DNA of 64,000 nt, taken from Deltaproteobacteria bacterium (GTDB taxonomy: Bacteria > Desulfobacterota > WTBG01 > JAGOGO01). Below are positions 31,230 through 41,246 of the stretch, in pieces (the stretch's first letter is position 1; every line of letters begins with the position of its first letter). Below the pieces are notes generated by a model. It ran no database searches. It saw only the letters and a program-made list of their open reading frames with translations, and was not told the origin of the DNA. Location: positions 3,403 through 67,402 of the forward strand of contig JAFGRE010000129.1 of NCBI GenBank assembly GCA_016935335.1, written 5' to 3'. The position numbers were made by a program, and so were the translations under genes.

Positions 31230-31691
31230 ACCCCTTCCCCTCGAAAAGCAAATTCGAATTGCCCCGAATTCTGGCCACGAACGGCGGCTTTCGACTCTGC
31301 GTTGCCAACGTTATCACCCCGGCTATAACCTTCACCCTCGAAACGCTACGAGTAACCGCATGACCACATCCTGGGCCGCTTATTATCGATATCAGCCAAC
31401 CACCACGCGTCACTGGGTATTTCCGGCTCATCATTGCCCCGGGATCTCCTGCTGCCGTGAAATCTAGTGAAGGCGAAACCATCACCACTCCTAACCCGCT
31501 CGGGAAAATCTTTTTATCACCGGAGTACCGTGACCGCCAGCAAAAACGTCAGCAGCCGCATCGTCCATGAGCTCCCTGCATACCGCCATTACCAGGGATT
31601 TCGATCGCTATCCCATCAAGGTTCTTTTGGGGATGGATCTCCCAACCGACAGGCGATACCTTCGATAACCAGCCGCCAAAATTACGGAGCC

Positions 31692-32927
31692 TTACTCGAA
31701 TTTTTTGAAAACTAGAGAAGCATTTGTCCCGCCGAAACCGAAAGAGTTTGAGAGGGCATACGTTATGTTCGCGGATCGAGCTTCGTTGGGCACATAATCA
31801 AGGTCACACTCCGGATCTGGCGTCTCGTAGTTAATTGTTGGAGGAACAACACCGGTCTTTATTGTAAGCGCTGTAAAGATGGCTTCTACGGCCCCCGAAG
31901 CCCCCAAGAGGTGGCCGGTCATGGACTTTGTAGAACTCACCATCAGTCGCTTGCCCTTATCTCTAAAGACTTTTTTGATGGCCCGGGTTTCACACAGATC
32001 GTTAAAATGGGTTGAGGTTCCATGGGCGTTAATATAGTCAATCTTTTCCGGATCAATTTTTGCGTTGTCCAACGCCACCTTCATACACTGTTCCCCGCCT
32101 GCACCTTCGGGTGAAGGAGCAGTTATATGGTAAGCATCACCGCTAAGACCGTATCCCACAAGTTCGCAATAGATCTTCGCCCCTCTTTTTTTTGCCTCCT
32201 CCATCTCCTCCAAAAGGATTATCCCGGCACCTTCGGCAATAACAAATCCGTCCCTGTCCATATCAAAGGGACGGCTTGCCTTCGTGGGTTCTTCGTTGCG
32301 GGTACTAAGAGCTTTCATATTACTGAAACCAGCGATAGCAAGCGGTGTGATAGTCGATTCCGCCCCTCCCGTAATCATGGCGTCGGCATAGCCTTGCTGA
32401 ATCATCTGAAAAGCTTCACCAATTGCATGCGTTCCGGAAGCACAGGCAGTGACCACGCAGGCATTCGGGCCCTTTGCTCCAGCGGCTATGGCTACTTGTC
32501 CGGGCGCCATATTGGCTATCATCATGGGAATAAGAAAGGGGGAGACCTTTGCCGGCCCTTTTTCGAGAAGAAGCCTGTGATTTTTTTCCAGCGTTTCCAG
32601 ACCGCCAAGGCCCACTCCGAGAATAACCCCAACTCGATGAGCGTTGCCGTTTTGTGCTGAAAATCCGGCATCATGACAGGCCATCTTAGTAGCCGCCAAG
32701 GCATATTGCACAAAAGGATCGCTCCGTTTAGCATCCTTGGGATCCATGAAGTCGGTGGGGTCAAAATTTTTTACCTCACCGGCTATCCGGGAACGATAGT
32801 CGCTGGCGTCGAATCTGGTAATATAGCCGATACCGGAAATTCCCTTCGTTATTCCTGCCCAGGTTTTCTCCGTATCAATAGCGACAGGATTTACGGTACC
32901 CAGTCCTGTTACAACAACTCGTCGCAT
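31692..32927 (-). CDS. fabF: 3-oxoacyl-[ACP] synthase II
   Basis: 411 aa; KAS II thiolase fold; active-site Cys region [10 protein letters not shown]; His/His motifs. Confidence 0.9.
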   Translation of the reverse strand: MRRVVVTGLGTVNPVAIDTEKTWAGITKGISGIGYITRFDASDYRSRIAGEVKNFDPTDFMDPKDAKRSDPFVQYALAATKMACHDAGFSAQNGNAHRVGVILGVGLGGLETLEKNHRLLLEKGPAKVSPFLIPMMIANMAPGQVAIAAGAKGPNACVVTACASGTHAIGEAFQMIQQGYADAMITGGAESTITPLAIAGFSNMKALSTRNEEPTKASRPFDMDRDGFVIAEGAGIILLEEMEEAKKRGAKIYCELVGYGLSGDAYHITAPSPEGAGGEQCMKVALDNAKIDPEKIDYINAHGTSTHFNDLCETRAIKKVFRDKGKRLMVSSTKSMTGHLLGASGAVEAIFTALTIKTGVVPPTINYETPDPECDLDYVPNEARSANITYALSNSFGFGGTNASLVFKKFE

Positions 32928-32983
32928 TTTGTCACCAATTCCACGAAAAGGTTTATTTCCCCCTAAGAGGGTAGAAAATAATC

Positions 32984-33253
<270 letters not shown>

Positions 33254-33262
33254 TTATCACGC

Positions 33263-34003
33263 TTACATATATATCCCACCGTTAACGTTTATCACCTGTC
33301 CCGTAATATACCGAGAAGCGTCGGATGCCAGAAAAAGCACTGCTTCTGCCACCTCCTCAGGTGTTCCAACGCGACCCAATGGGATATTCTTGAGAAACTC
33401 TTCCCGCGCTCTCTCCGGCAGAGAGCGGGTCATTTCCGTATCGATGAAACCCGGAGCCACTGCATTAACGGTGATTCCCCGTGCCCCGAACTCCCGGGCC
33501 ATGGATTTCGTGAATCCAATAATACCGGCTTTCGACGCTGAATAATTCGCCTGGCCAGCATTGCCGATCTGCCCGACCACGGAAGAGATGTTGATAATTC
33601 TGCCTGACCGCCTTTTGCTCATGTGCCGAATGACGGCCTTGGTACAGTTAAAAACACTCTTCAGGTTTACGCCAATAACCGTATCCCACTCCTCCTCTTT
33701 CATCCTAAGGAAGAGATTATCCCGCGTTATTCCGGCATTATTCACCAAAACATCGATCTGCCCAAAGAAGTCCAAAACGGATTTCCCCACGTTTTCCGCT
33801 TCGGATAACTGAGCAAGGTCTGCCTGAATAGCCAGTGATTTTCTTCCCAATTCTTCGATTTCGCGAGCCGTTTGCTGAGCCTGGACGATGCTGATATCAG
33901 GAATGACAATATAAGCCCCGTTTCGGGCCAAAACACGGGCTATCTCTTTGCCAATCCCCTGTGCTCCGCCGGTCACGATCGCGACTTTTCCGTCTAATGC
34001 CAT
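33263..34003 (-). CDS. fabG: 3-oxoacyl-[ACP] reductase
   Basis: 246 aa; SDR family with TGGAQGIG and YSASKAG motifs. Confidence 0.9.
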   Translation of the reverse strand: MALDGKVAIVTGGAQGIGKEIARVLARNGAYIVIPDISIVQAQQTAREIEELGRKSLAIQADLAQLSEAENVGKSVLDFFGQIDVLVNNAGITRDNLFLRMKEEEWDTVIGVNLKSVFNCTKAVIRHMSKRRSGRIINISSVVGQIGNAGQANYSASKAGIIGFTKSMAREFGARGITVNAVAPGFIDTEMTRSLPERAREEFLKNIPLGRVGTPEEVAEAVLFLASDASRYITGQVINVNGGIYM

Positions 34004-34007
34004 GCTA

Positions 34008-34985
34008 TCAGTAGACTTCCTTCCATTGTTTTTCTAACGCATCCAACGTGCGGATATCCTCAAGGTTTAAGACGGTGGCTGATTTGCTAATCCTCTTAAC
34101 AAGTCCGCTTAGGACTTTTCCCGGGCCTATTTCAACAAAGGTATCAACACCTCGTTCAATCATGCAGTGTACCGAATCCTCCCACAGCACCGTATGCGTT
34201 ACCTGTTCGACCAAGAGGTCTTTCACGCGGCTCACCTCTTGATTCTCCTTCGCTTCCACATTGGTAACGATGGGGTACGCAAGAGGCTTCACCGGTACGG
34301 AGCCCAGATAGTGCCGAAGTCTTTCCCCCGCCGGAATCATCAATGGGCAATGAAAGGGAGCGCTCACCGGCAACATGATCGCCTTGCGTGCCCCCATCTC
34401 CTGGGCGAGAGTAATAGCCCGCTTAAGCGCCGGAATCTGACCGGAAATAACGAGTTGACCAGGACAGTTGAAGTTTGCAGGGCTGGCGATTTCTCCATCA
34501 GAAGTTGCTTTTTGGCAGATTTCTTCCACCTTGTCTCGTTCCAAGCCTAAAACGGCTACCATTCCCCCCTGACCTTCCGGCACCGCTTCCTGCATATACT
34601 GTCCGCGTTTTTGAACCGCCTTTACTGCGTCGACTAAATCAAAAGCTCCCACCGCCACCAAGGCTGAATACTCTCCCAAGCTATGCCCTGCAAGAACAGC
34701 CGGTTCAATGTTGATCGCGGCCGATAACACCCGATATGCAGCAACGCTCACCATGAGGATTGCCGGCTGGGTATTGGCGGTAAGATTCAATTCCGCTTCC
34801 GGACCTTCAAAACAAAGGGACGACAATTTGTACCCCAGTGCTTCATCCGCTTCTGCGAAGACCTCCCGTACCTGGGAAAAATGATCGTACAGGCTCTTCC
34901 CCATCCCTACATACTGCGATCCTTGTCCCGGAAAAATAAAAGCGACCTTCTTCACCGTAAGCTCTCGTGCAAGTTCAATTGTCAC
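34008..34985 (-). CDS. fabD: Malonyl CoA-ACP transacylase
   Basis: 325 aa; FIFPGQGSQYVGMG N-terminus and GHSLGEYSAL active-site serine motif. Confidence 0.9.
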   Translation of the reverse strand: MTIELARELTVKKVAFIFPGQGSQYVGMGKSLYDHFSQVREVFAEADEALGYKLSSLCFEGPEAELNLTANTQPAILMVSVAAYRVLSAAINIEPAVLAGHSLGEYSALVAVGAFDLVDAVKAVQKRGQYMQEAVPEGQGGMVAVLGLERDKVEEICQKATSDGEIASPANFNCPGQLVISGQIPALKRAITLAQEMGARKAIMLPVSAPFHCPLMIPAGERLRHYLGSVPVKPLAYPIVTNVEAKENQEVSRVKDLLVEQVTHTVLWEDSVHCMIERGVDTFVEIGPGKVLSGLVKRISKSATVLNLEDIRTLDALEKQWKEVY

Positions 34986-36139
34986 TGTTTGCGAGCGTAT
35001 TCCTTATTCAAGGCGAGACCGATGACATTCCTCTGGATCTGATTGGTTCCCTCGTAGATCTGAAGAATTTTCGCGTCCCGCATCATTTTTTCCACCGGAT
35101 ACTCCCGCATATACCCGTAACCTCCAAAAATCTGAACCGCATCGGTAGCCACTTTCATGGCAACATCAGTAGGAAAAACCTTCGCCATAGAGGATATTTT
35201 TGAGATATCCTTAGGATTGGTGTCCATGTAACGTGCCACTGCATAGATCAGCGCTCGCGCGGCCTCTGTCTGCGTTGCCATATCAGCCAACATATGCTGA
35301 ATGGCCTGAAAGGAAATAATGGGTTTGCCGAATTGATGCCGCTCCCGGGCATATTTTATCGATTCTTCCAGCGCTCCCTGGGCCAAACCGACTGCTTGGC
35401 TCCCGATGGCGGGGCGAGATTTATCCAGATTCTTCATGGCAATCATGAAGCCTTGCCCCTCTTTCCCCAAAAGATTCTCTTTTTGCAGCTCGCAATCTTC
35501 AAAAAAGAGCGACGTCGTTGAGGAAGCCCTGATCCCCATCTTCTTCTCTTTTTTCCCAAACGTGAATCCTTCCATCCCCTTTTCAAGAATGAACGCACTT
35601 GCCCCTCGTGGTCCTCGATCCTTATTAGTGAGTGCAATAACCACGTAGATGTCTGCCTCTCCGCCATTTGTTATCCACTGTTTTGTCCCATTAAGGATAT
35701 ACCGGTTGCCATTTCTTTTTGCAGTTGTTTGAATCCCTCCGGCGTCACTACCGGCATTTGGTTCTGTAAGGCCAAACGCAGCTATTTTTTTCCCTTTCGC
35801 GACCATTGGCAAGTATTTTTGCTTTTGTTCCTCAGTGCCGAACAGAATGATTGGATACAACCCCAATCCATTGCAGGCGAAACTGACCGCCACTGCTATA
35901 CAAATTCTGCTAAGCTCCTCAATGACCAAGCATAATTCAAATATGCCTCCACCAAAACCACCATACTTCTCCTCGATGTAAACCCCGGAGAGCCCGGTTT
36001 CTCCCAGGATTTCCAAAATTTCCCGTGGGAACTCCTCTTTCTCATCAAGTTCAGCCCGCACCGGTAATGCTTTTTCTTCGGCGATCCTTCGTGCCAGCGC
36101 CTTGATTTCTTTTTGTTCCTCAGTTAAGAAATAATCCAT
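34982..36139 (-). CDS. Acyl-CoA dehydrogenase (short/medium-chain, butyryl-CoA dehydrogenase-like)
   Basis: 385 aa; ACAD N/M/C domains; catalytic-base motif YEGTNQIQ; 4 nt overlap with fabD. Confidence 0.85.
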   Translation of the reverse strand: MDYFLTEEQKEIKALARRIAEEKALPVRAELDEKEEFPREILEILGETGLSGVYIEEKYGGFGGGIFELCLVIEELSRICIAVAVSFACNGLGLYPIILFGTEEQKQKYLPMVAKGKKIAAFGLTEPNAGSDAGGIQTTAKRNGNRYILNGTKQWITNGGEADIYVVIALTNKDRGPRGASAFILEKGMEGFTFGKKEKKMGIRASSTTSLFFEDCELQKENLLGKEGQGFMIAMKNLDKSRPAIGSQAVGLAQGALEESIKYARERHQFGKPIISFQAIQHMLADMATQTEAARALIYAVARYMDTNPKDISKISSMAKVFPTDVAMKVATDAVQIFGGYGYMREYPVEKMMRDAKILQIYEGTNQIQRNVIGLALNKEYARKQ

Positions 36140-36265
36140 TTCCCCATCTCTCGAATAATTCTAAAAATAATTATACACTCTATAGGCTCTCAACTTCCCA
36201 CCCTCTTTTCGTCACCGAAAAAAGTCCGACCCTATTAACATGAAAAATCAGAGAATAGTCAAGAA

Positions 36266-36448
36266 TCAGCTTTCTTCAACTGCCACTATTTCTCGCTCTC
36301 TATAATAACCACAATGAGGACAAACGCGGTGGGGCCGCTTTTTTTCTCCACAATGAGAACATGCGATCAGCGTGCAGACGACGATACCATCATGGGCTCG
36401 ACGTTTCCGTGTTCTCGATTTCGAATGTTTTTTAGGGGGTAGTGCCAT
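36266..36448 (-). CDS. rpmF: 50S ribosomal protein L32
   Basis: 60 aa; Cys4 zinc ribbon (CSHCGEKKRPHRVCPHCGYY). Confidence 0.9.
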   Translation of the reverse strand: MALPPKKHSKSRTRKRRAHDGIVVCTLIACSHCGEKKRPHRVCPHCGYYREREIVAVEES

Positions 36449-36466
36449 ATAAAACCTCCGCTCTAT

Positions 36467-37063
36467 TTACTGGTTCTTTAATAATGTCTTAAGCCCTGCC
36501 AGCCTGGAATCAACAACAGGGGTTGGAGGACAACTGCACATTTCCAGGTTTTTATTTCTTCCACACCTCGGGCAGAGTCCCTTACATTCCTCGCGGCAAA
36601 GCGGACTATAGGGCATGGCAAGGCTGATCTGCTCTTGAATGATTTCCTCGATATCAACGCCATCCACGGAATAAAAATCCTGCTCAAGATCCTCTTTGAG
36701 AAGCTCCTTTTCCGCCGACAATTCTTGGGACTGGGCGGGCAAAAAGGAGTATTTGAAATCAGGGTTGATATGAGAAACAAACTTTTCGAGACACCGACTA
36801 CAGGCCAGATCAACCGTGAGATCTATCCTCCCCGAAACGCAAACAGTATTCTCGGAACGGCTCAGATGCATCTCATAAAAAAGAGGCGAAGGGCATGCAA
36901 TTTCCAACATCCCTTTGCCCTGAAACAAGCCTTCTAGCCATTCCCTGGTAAACTCTCCAGTGGTGGTTACTCCTTCCGGAGTTATATCCTCGATTCGATA
37001 TTTCAAACTTAAACCTTTTTGATAAGTGGTTTTATTTCTACAAGCGAACGCGGTTTTTGTCAA
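36467..37063 (-). CDS. yceD: YceD/DUF177 family protein (23S rRNA accumulation protein)
   Basis: 198 aa; C-terminal CxxC...CxxC pairs; conserved position directly upstream of rpmF. Confidence 0.7.
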   Translation of the reverse strand: MTKTAFACRNKTTYQKGLSLKYRIEDITPEGVTTTGEFTREWLEGLFQGKGMLEIACPSPLFYEMHLSRSENTVCVSGRIDLTVDLACSRCLEKFVSHINPDFKYSFLPAQSQELSAEKELLKEDLEQDFYSVDGVDIEEIIQEQISLAMPYSPLCREECKGLCPRCGRNKNLEMCSCPPTPVVDSRLAGLKTLLKNQ

Positions 37064-37326
37064 GACAAATTTTCAATTTTCACTTTGCCAGCGATTTCCG
37101 CGAAAATTCACCGGTTTTTCAGCCAACCCAAATCGCCAGACTCCCATAACCGCCGGAAGTGCCCCGTTAAAGAAACTGGTTGACCCCCTGAGGAGCTTCT
37201 GCTAAGGTATGATCAATTTTTGCGTTGTGCAACTACCCCCAGTCGATTGATAGGCACATGCGGTGCACGCCAGGCAACGTGTTTCGTGCGTCATCGTATC
37301 GTAGTCTCCTCCCAAGAAGGATTTCT

Positions 37327-38601
37327 ATGAACGTATTTCAAGGTGTAAGCGTTTTTTCTGGCTTGGTTTTTCTTTTCTTCACCTGTTCCGGGTGTACCCA
37401 TTATCCCTCTGCTGGTAGTGAGGTAAATAAATCCTCTCTGACCGTATCTTCATCTTCCTCTCCGGAATCGCCGACTACTATTGCCGAATATACTTCTCAG
37501 GAGGAGTCACTTCATTCGGGGCGAAGTGGTGACCCTGATCTGGGATACCTGAAATCCTTGATAAGCAGAGCCTCTATCCACGATTGTGTGGAGTTTGCTC
37601 ACTCTCTCCACACTGTGCGCGGGAAAGGAATGCTGCGTACCGACTTCCCGGTTGTGACCAATGATGCGGTAAGGGACTATATCAAATACTTTCAAACTGA
37701 TATCGACTTCATGACAAAAGCCTTGGAAAGGGCGACAACTTATTCTCCCATGATGCAGGGCATCCTAAAAGAAGAGCACCTCCCTGAAGATCTGGTTTTT
37801 CTTGCCTTGATAGAAAGCGGATTTAACCCCTGTGCATATTCGCGAGCCGGAGCCTGCGGTCCGTGGCAGTTTATGCCGGAAACAGCCAGGCGCTACGGTT
37901 TAAAAATCAATCTATGGGTGGACGAGAGAAGAGATCCCGAAAAGTCAACCCGGGCGGCAGCCCGGTACCTAAAGGACCTTTATGCGATGTTTGGTGACTG
38001 GCATCTGGCAGTAGCCGCCTACAATGCGGGAGAACAAAGAGTAGCCACCGCCATTAAAAAAAACAAGATCGCCGACTTCTGGGCTCTCCGAAAAGGACGC
38101 GATCTTGCGCCGGAAACTCGGGACTTTGTTCCCAAGCTCGTTGCCGCCATCTTGATCGGAAAGCACCCGGAGGAATATGGCTTTTCTCCTCCATTGGTGC
38201 AAAAACGGGTTGCCTTAACATCCTTCACCATTCCTCAGCCCACGGAATTGAAGTTTATCGCTGAAATGGCTGGCATTCCCCTTGAATCATTAAAACAGTC
38301 CAATCCCGAGCTGCGAAAATGGTGCACACCACCCAACAAAAAAGGATATGAAGTCAAAATCCCGGCTTCAAATCGGGATCTGTTCGCACAAAATTTATCT
38401 CGCAACAGAGAGAAGTTTTTATCCTATCGGACGTTTCATGAACATCGCATAAAGCCGGGGGAAACATTGTACAACATCGCTCGTCGATACAACACAAAAG
38501 TCGCCCATATTCAGGAAATTAACCGGATCAGAAATCCTCGTCTCATCCATCCCGGAAAAATCATCATTATTCCTATCCCGCCGATTGTCTCCTCATCATA
38601 A
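37327..38601 (+). CDS. Lytic transglycosylase (MltD-like) lipoprotein with C-terminal LysM domain
   Basis: SLT domain motif (ALIESGFNP ... GPWQFMPETARRYGL) and a LysM repeat (IKPGETLYNIARRYNT...IIIIP). Start placed at the internal ATG at 37327, preceded by AAGAAGGA and followed by a lipoprotein signal ending in CSGC. Confidence 0.8.
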   Translation: MNVFQGVSVFSGLVFLFFTCSGCTHYPSAGSEVNKSSLTVSSSSSPESPTTIAEYTSQEESLHSGRSGDPDLGYLKSLISRASIHDCVEFAHSLHTVRGKGMLRTDFPVVTNDAVRDYIKYFQTDIDFMTKALERATTYSPMMQGILKEEHLPEDLVFLALIESGFNPCAYSRAGACGPWQFMPETARRYGLKINLWVDERRDPEKSTRAAARYLKDLYAMFGDWHLAVAAYNAGEQRVATAIKKNKIADFWALRKGRDLAPETRDFVPKLVAAILIGKHPEEYGFSPPLVQKRVALTSFTIPQPTELKFIAEMAGIPLESLKQSNPELRKWCTPPNKKGYEVKIPASNRDLFAQNLSRNREKFLSYRTFHEHRIKPGETLYNIARRYNTKVAHIQEINRIRNPRLIHPGKIIIIPIPPIVSSS

Positions 38602-38714
38602 ACGGTTGATGGCTTATCCGCTCACCAGGCGTGTGGTAAAAGCTGTTCAGCGCTTCAGGCGTTCTTCAGAAGCGTAATGCCGTCTCATTGCCTAATCAGT
38701 CCTGCTATTCTCTC

Positions 38715-40226
38715 TCAAAAGCGTAACGACGGAGGGACCTTTATGAGGGTTCCCGGTGGTGGCACTTGAGAAACCTCGAACCCATTATATTCAGCCAGTT
38801 TTGCTTTCTCCTCCGTTACGCCGAAATATTTTTGCGTGAGGCTCCCCCACGACTCGCCTTTTTCTACCGTATGGATTTGGAGGCGAGGAGGTTGCAGTTG
38901 ATTCGCTTCCTGTTGTGAGATGAATCGAAGATTTGCAACCATACTCTCCAGCAAGGGGCGAAATTCATCGAAGTCCTCCCTTTTGCTTGAGCCGATGAGA
39001 GAATATCCGTTAGCCCCCGAAACAAAGACCGCCCCCTCAACCATGATGGCCCCCCTGCTTCCGTCATATCCCGAATAAACCGTCGTCTTAGCCCCGTGCG
39101 GTAAAAGCTCATTTGTAGCATAGGTCTTCTCTTGACGGAGGCCGGCACGCCTGAGCTTCTGCTCGAAATCTTTTGAATATTCTTCCACCGTTTTTCGGGT
39201 TTGTAAGGGCTCTATGTCAAAATAAGCACTATAGTCTTTCTTGGCATCAGCAAAAAGCGCGGCATAGTCTTTGCTATTTATGCGGGCCTGCCACCCCTGG
39301 GGTATCTCCAGTTGAAGCAGGTATTCCTTGTTGTAATAATTGTCACCCCGGATCAGCTCATTTCCATTCCACTCTCCTACCACTAATCCGTCTAATAGTC
39401 TTATGAATCTGTTCCTTTGATAAGACCGAAGCAAAGTCTCCGGCTGCTTAGCGCTAAGTTTTTCAATCTCATGATTAAGGTTCACCAATCTTTCCGACGT
39501 GGGTGGATGGGTCATAAACCAGACTTCCACCGTGGACGGCTCACGGGTCTCAAGTCGCTGAATGTGCTTCATCACCTCGATAGAGGCGCGCGGATTGTAC
39601 CCGGCAAGCGTTAGGTATTGTGTTCCAAAGTAATCGGCTTCGCGTTCATCGTCCCGGGAGAACTTATTAAAGGCGAGTGCGGCTCCCATATTGATGAGCT
39701 GGCCATAATCCTGCACTGCTCCCTTGGTGGCGACAGCAACTCCCAACAGGCCGATATTCATGAGTTGAGCTTTTGAAATCTGGGCGGCAGAATGTCGGGC
39801 GGCAACATGGGCAATCTCGTGTCCCAGAACCGAGGCGAGTTCATCAACTGAATTCATACGCTCCAACAGGCCGCGATGCACATAAACGAAACCGCCGGGT
39901 ACGGCGAAAGCATTAAAGTCAGGGGTGTCGACGATTTCCACCCGGTAAATGAGATGAGGTCGATCGCTGTTTCGTCCCAGATTTTCCACAACTTCCTTGA
40001 CCAGAGCCCGAAGGTCGGGCAGTTCCAAATAAACGCCCATCTCCTCCCGAAGCTGTTTATCAACCCCCTGTCCGATTCTGAATTCCTGGTCTTCCGACAC
40101 AATCATGAGTTCCCGTTCCTTGGTGGCCGGATTTACGGCGCAGCCGATCACCAGGAGAAGGATAAAACCAACCCCGACCAGACGAGCCCCCAACGGACAA
40201 CGACACAATAAACGGTGCGAAACCAT
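38715..40226 (-). CDS. M48 family zinc metallopeptidase with C-terminal LysM domain
   Basis: 503 aa; HEIAHVAARH zincin motif; C-terminal LysM (HTVEKGESWGSLTQKYFG...TLIKVP); N-terminal signal/anchor. Confidence 0.8.
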   Translation of the reverse strand: MVSHRLLCRCPLGARLVGVGFILLLVIGCAVNPATKERELMIVSEDQEFRIGQGVDKQLREEMGVYLELPDLRALVKEVVENLGRNSDRPHLIYRVEIVDTPDFNAFAVPGGFVYVHRGLLERMNSVDELASVLGHEIAHVAARHSAAQISKAQLMNIGLLGVAVATKGAVQDYGQLINMGAALAFNKFSRDDEREADYFGTQYLTLAGYNPRASIEVMKHIQRLETREPSTVEVWFMTHPPTSERLVNLNHEIEKLSAKQPETLLRSYQRNRFIRLLDGLVVGEWNGNELIRGDNYYNKEYLLQLEIPQGWQARINSKDYAALFADAKKDYSAYFDIEPLQTRKTVEEYSKDFEQKLRRAGLRQEKTYATNELLPHGAKTTVYSGYDGSRGAIMVEGAVFVSGANGYSLIGSSKREDFDEFRPLLESMVANLRFISQQEANQLQPPRLQIHTVEKGESWGSLTQKYFGVTEEKAKLAEYNGFEVSQVPPPGTLIKVPPSLRF

Positions 40227-40860
40227 AACGATTCTTCTTGTATAAAAAGGGCTTAGAGCAAATAAGCTTTCAAATACACTGTTTAAAAATAACCATCCCC
40301 CCCGAAAGGTACTCGTTAAACCGATCCTTACCCCCCTTCCACAATGCTTTCCCCATTCCCCTTTTGTTATTTTTTAGTATACCACTTTTCCTTCTTTAGG
40401 AGAATCCGCGGCCTTTACATCTTGGCCACCACTGGAGAAAAAGCCAGATATAGCGCTTTACTCCAGCCCCGTCTTCAGCGATCCGTGCCCACAGAGCTCC
40501 TTCACCCGTTTTCAACCTTCCTCCAAAAAATAGGGGCTGACTAAGAGCCATGGACTTGACGAACTTACTGTAGAATTAGCCTGCTTGTTAATTTTTCTTT
40601 CAACCTCCCACGATCCGATACCTGGAAAAGATTCAGCGAAAATTTTTATGGATCTCCGAGTCGGAAACGTAAAGAATATTCGCAGCGGGTGACGCTTTCT
40701 CCCGGCCAAACGACAGGACCGAAACCAGTCGGACTGGTGGCGAAAAGAAAAAAGAGAATGTTTTTTGGTAATTAGATTTTTGAACTTGATTATGAGGCCG
40801 TATTTTGATATGTATTTTTATTTTTGTAACTATCACATTTTTCAATGATAGGAGGAAGGT

Positions 40861-41232
40861 ATGGCAAAAATATTAATCGTTGATGACGATCAAGATTTTG
40901 TTGAGGCAATTTCGATCGTCTTAAAATCCAATGGATATGAAGTGGCTTCGGCAAATTCAAGGGCAGCGGGAATGGAGGCTGTTAAAAAAGAATCCCCTGA
41001 TCTTATTGTGCTTGATGTCATGTTGGAACAGCCGGACGACGGATTTACCATGGCCCAGGACCTCAGGAGGCAGGGTACCGGCACCCCCATCCTCATGTTA
41101 ACAAGCGTGGGTAAAATATCAGGCATGGTTTACGACAAGGATCCGGAAATGGTTCCCGTTGATGCCTTTGAAGAAAAGCCCATCCAACCTGACAAACTGC
41201 TTGCCAAAGTGAAAGAACTTCTTAGTGAATAA
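40861..41232 (+). CDS. Stand-alone response regulator receiver (CheY-like) protein
   Basis: 123 aa; REC domain with acidic pocket (DDD), phospho-acceptor Asp in LIVLDVML, and a conserved Lys region; no output domain. Confidence 0.85.
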   Translation: MAKILIVDDDQDFVEAISIVLKSNGYEVASANSRAAGMEAVKKESPDLIVLDVMLEQPDDGFTMAQDLRRQGTGTPILMLTSVGKISGMVYDKDPEMVPVDAFEEKPIQPDKLLAKVKELLSE

Positions 41233-41246
41233 AAAGGGGGTTAACT

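Noticed and set aside
31230-31691. Possible RNase P RNA, tmRNA, SRP RNA or tRNA in the fabF-upstream gap
   Set aside because: I searched both strands by eye for the universal blocks (GGAAAGUCCGG / GGUAAGAGCGCACC for RNase P, GGUUCGAnUCC T-arm, the SRP domain IV GGAAGCAGCC) and found none.
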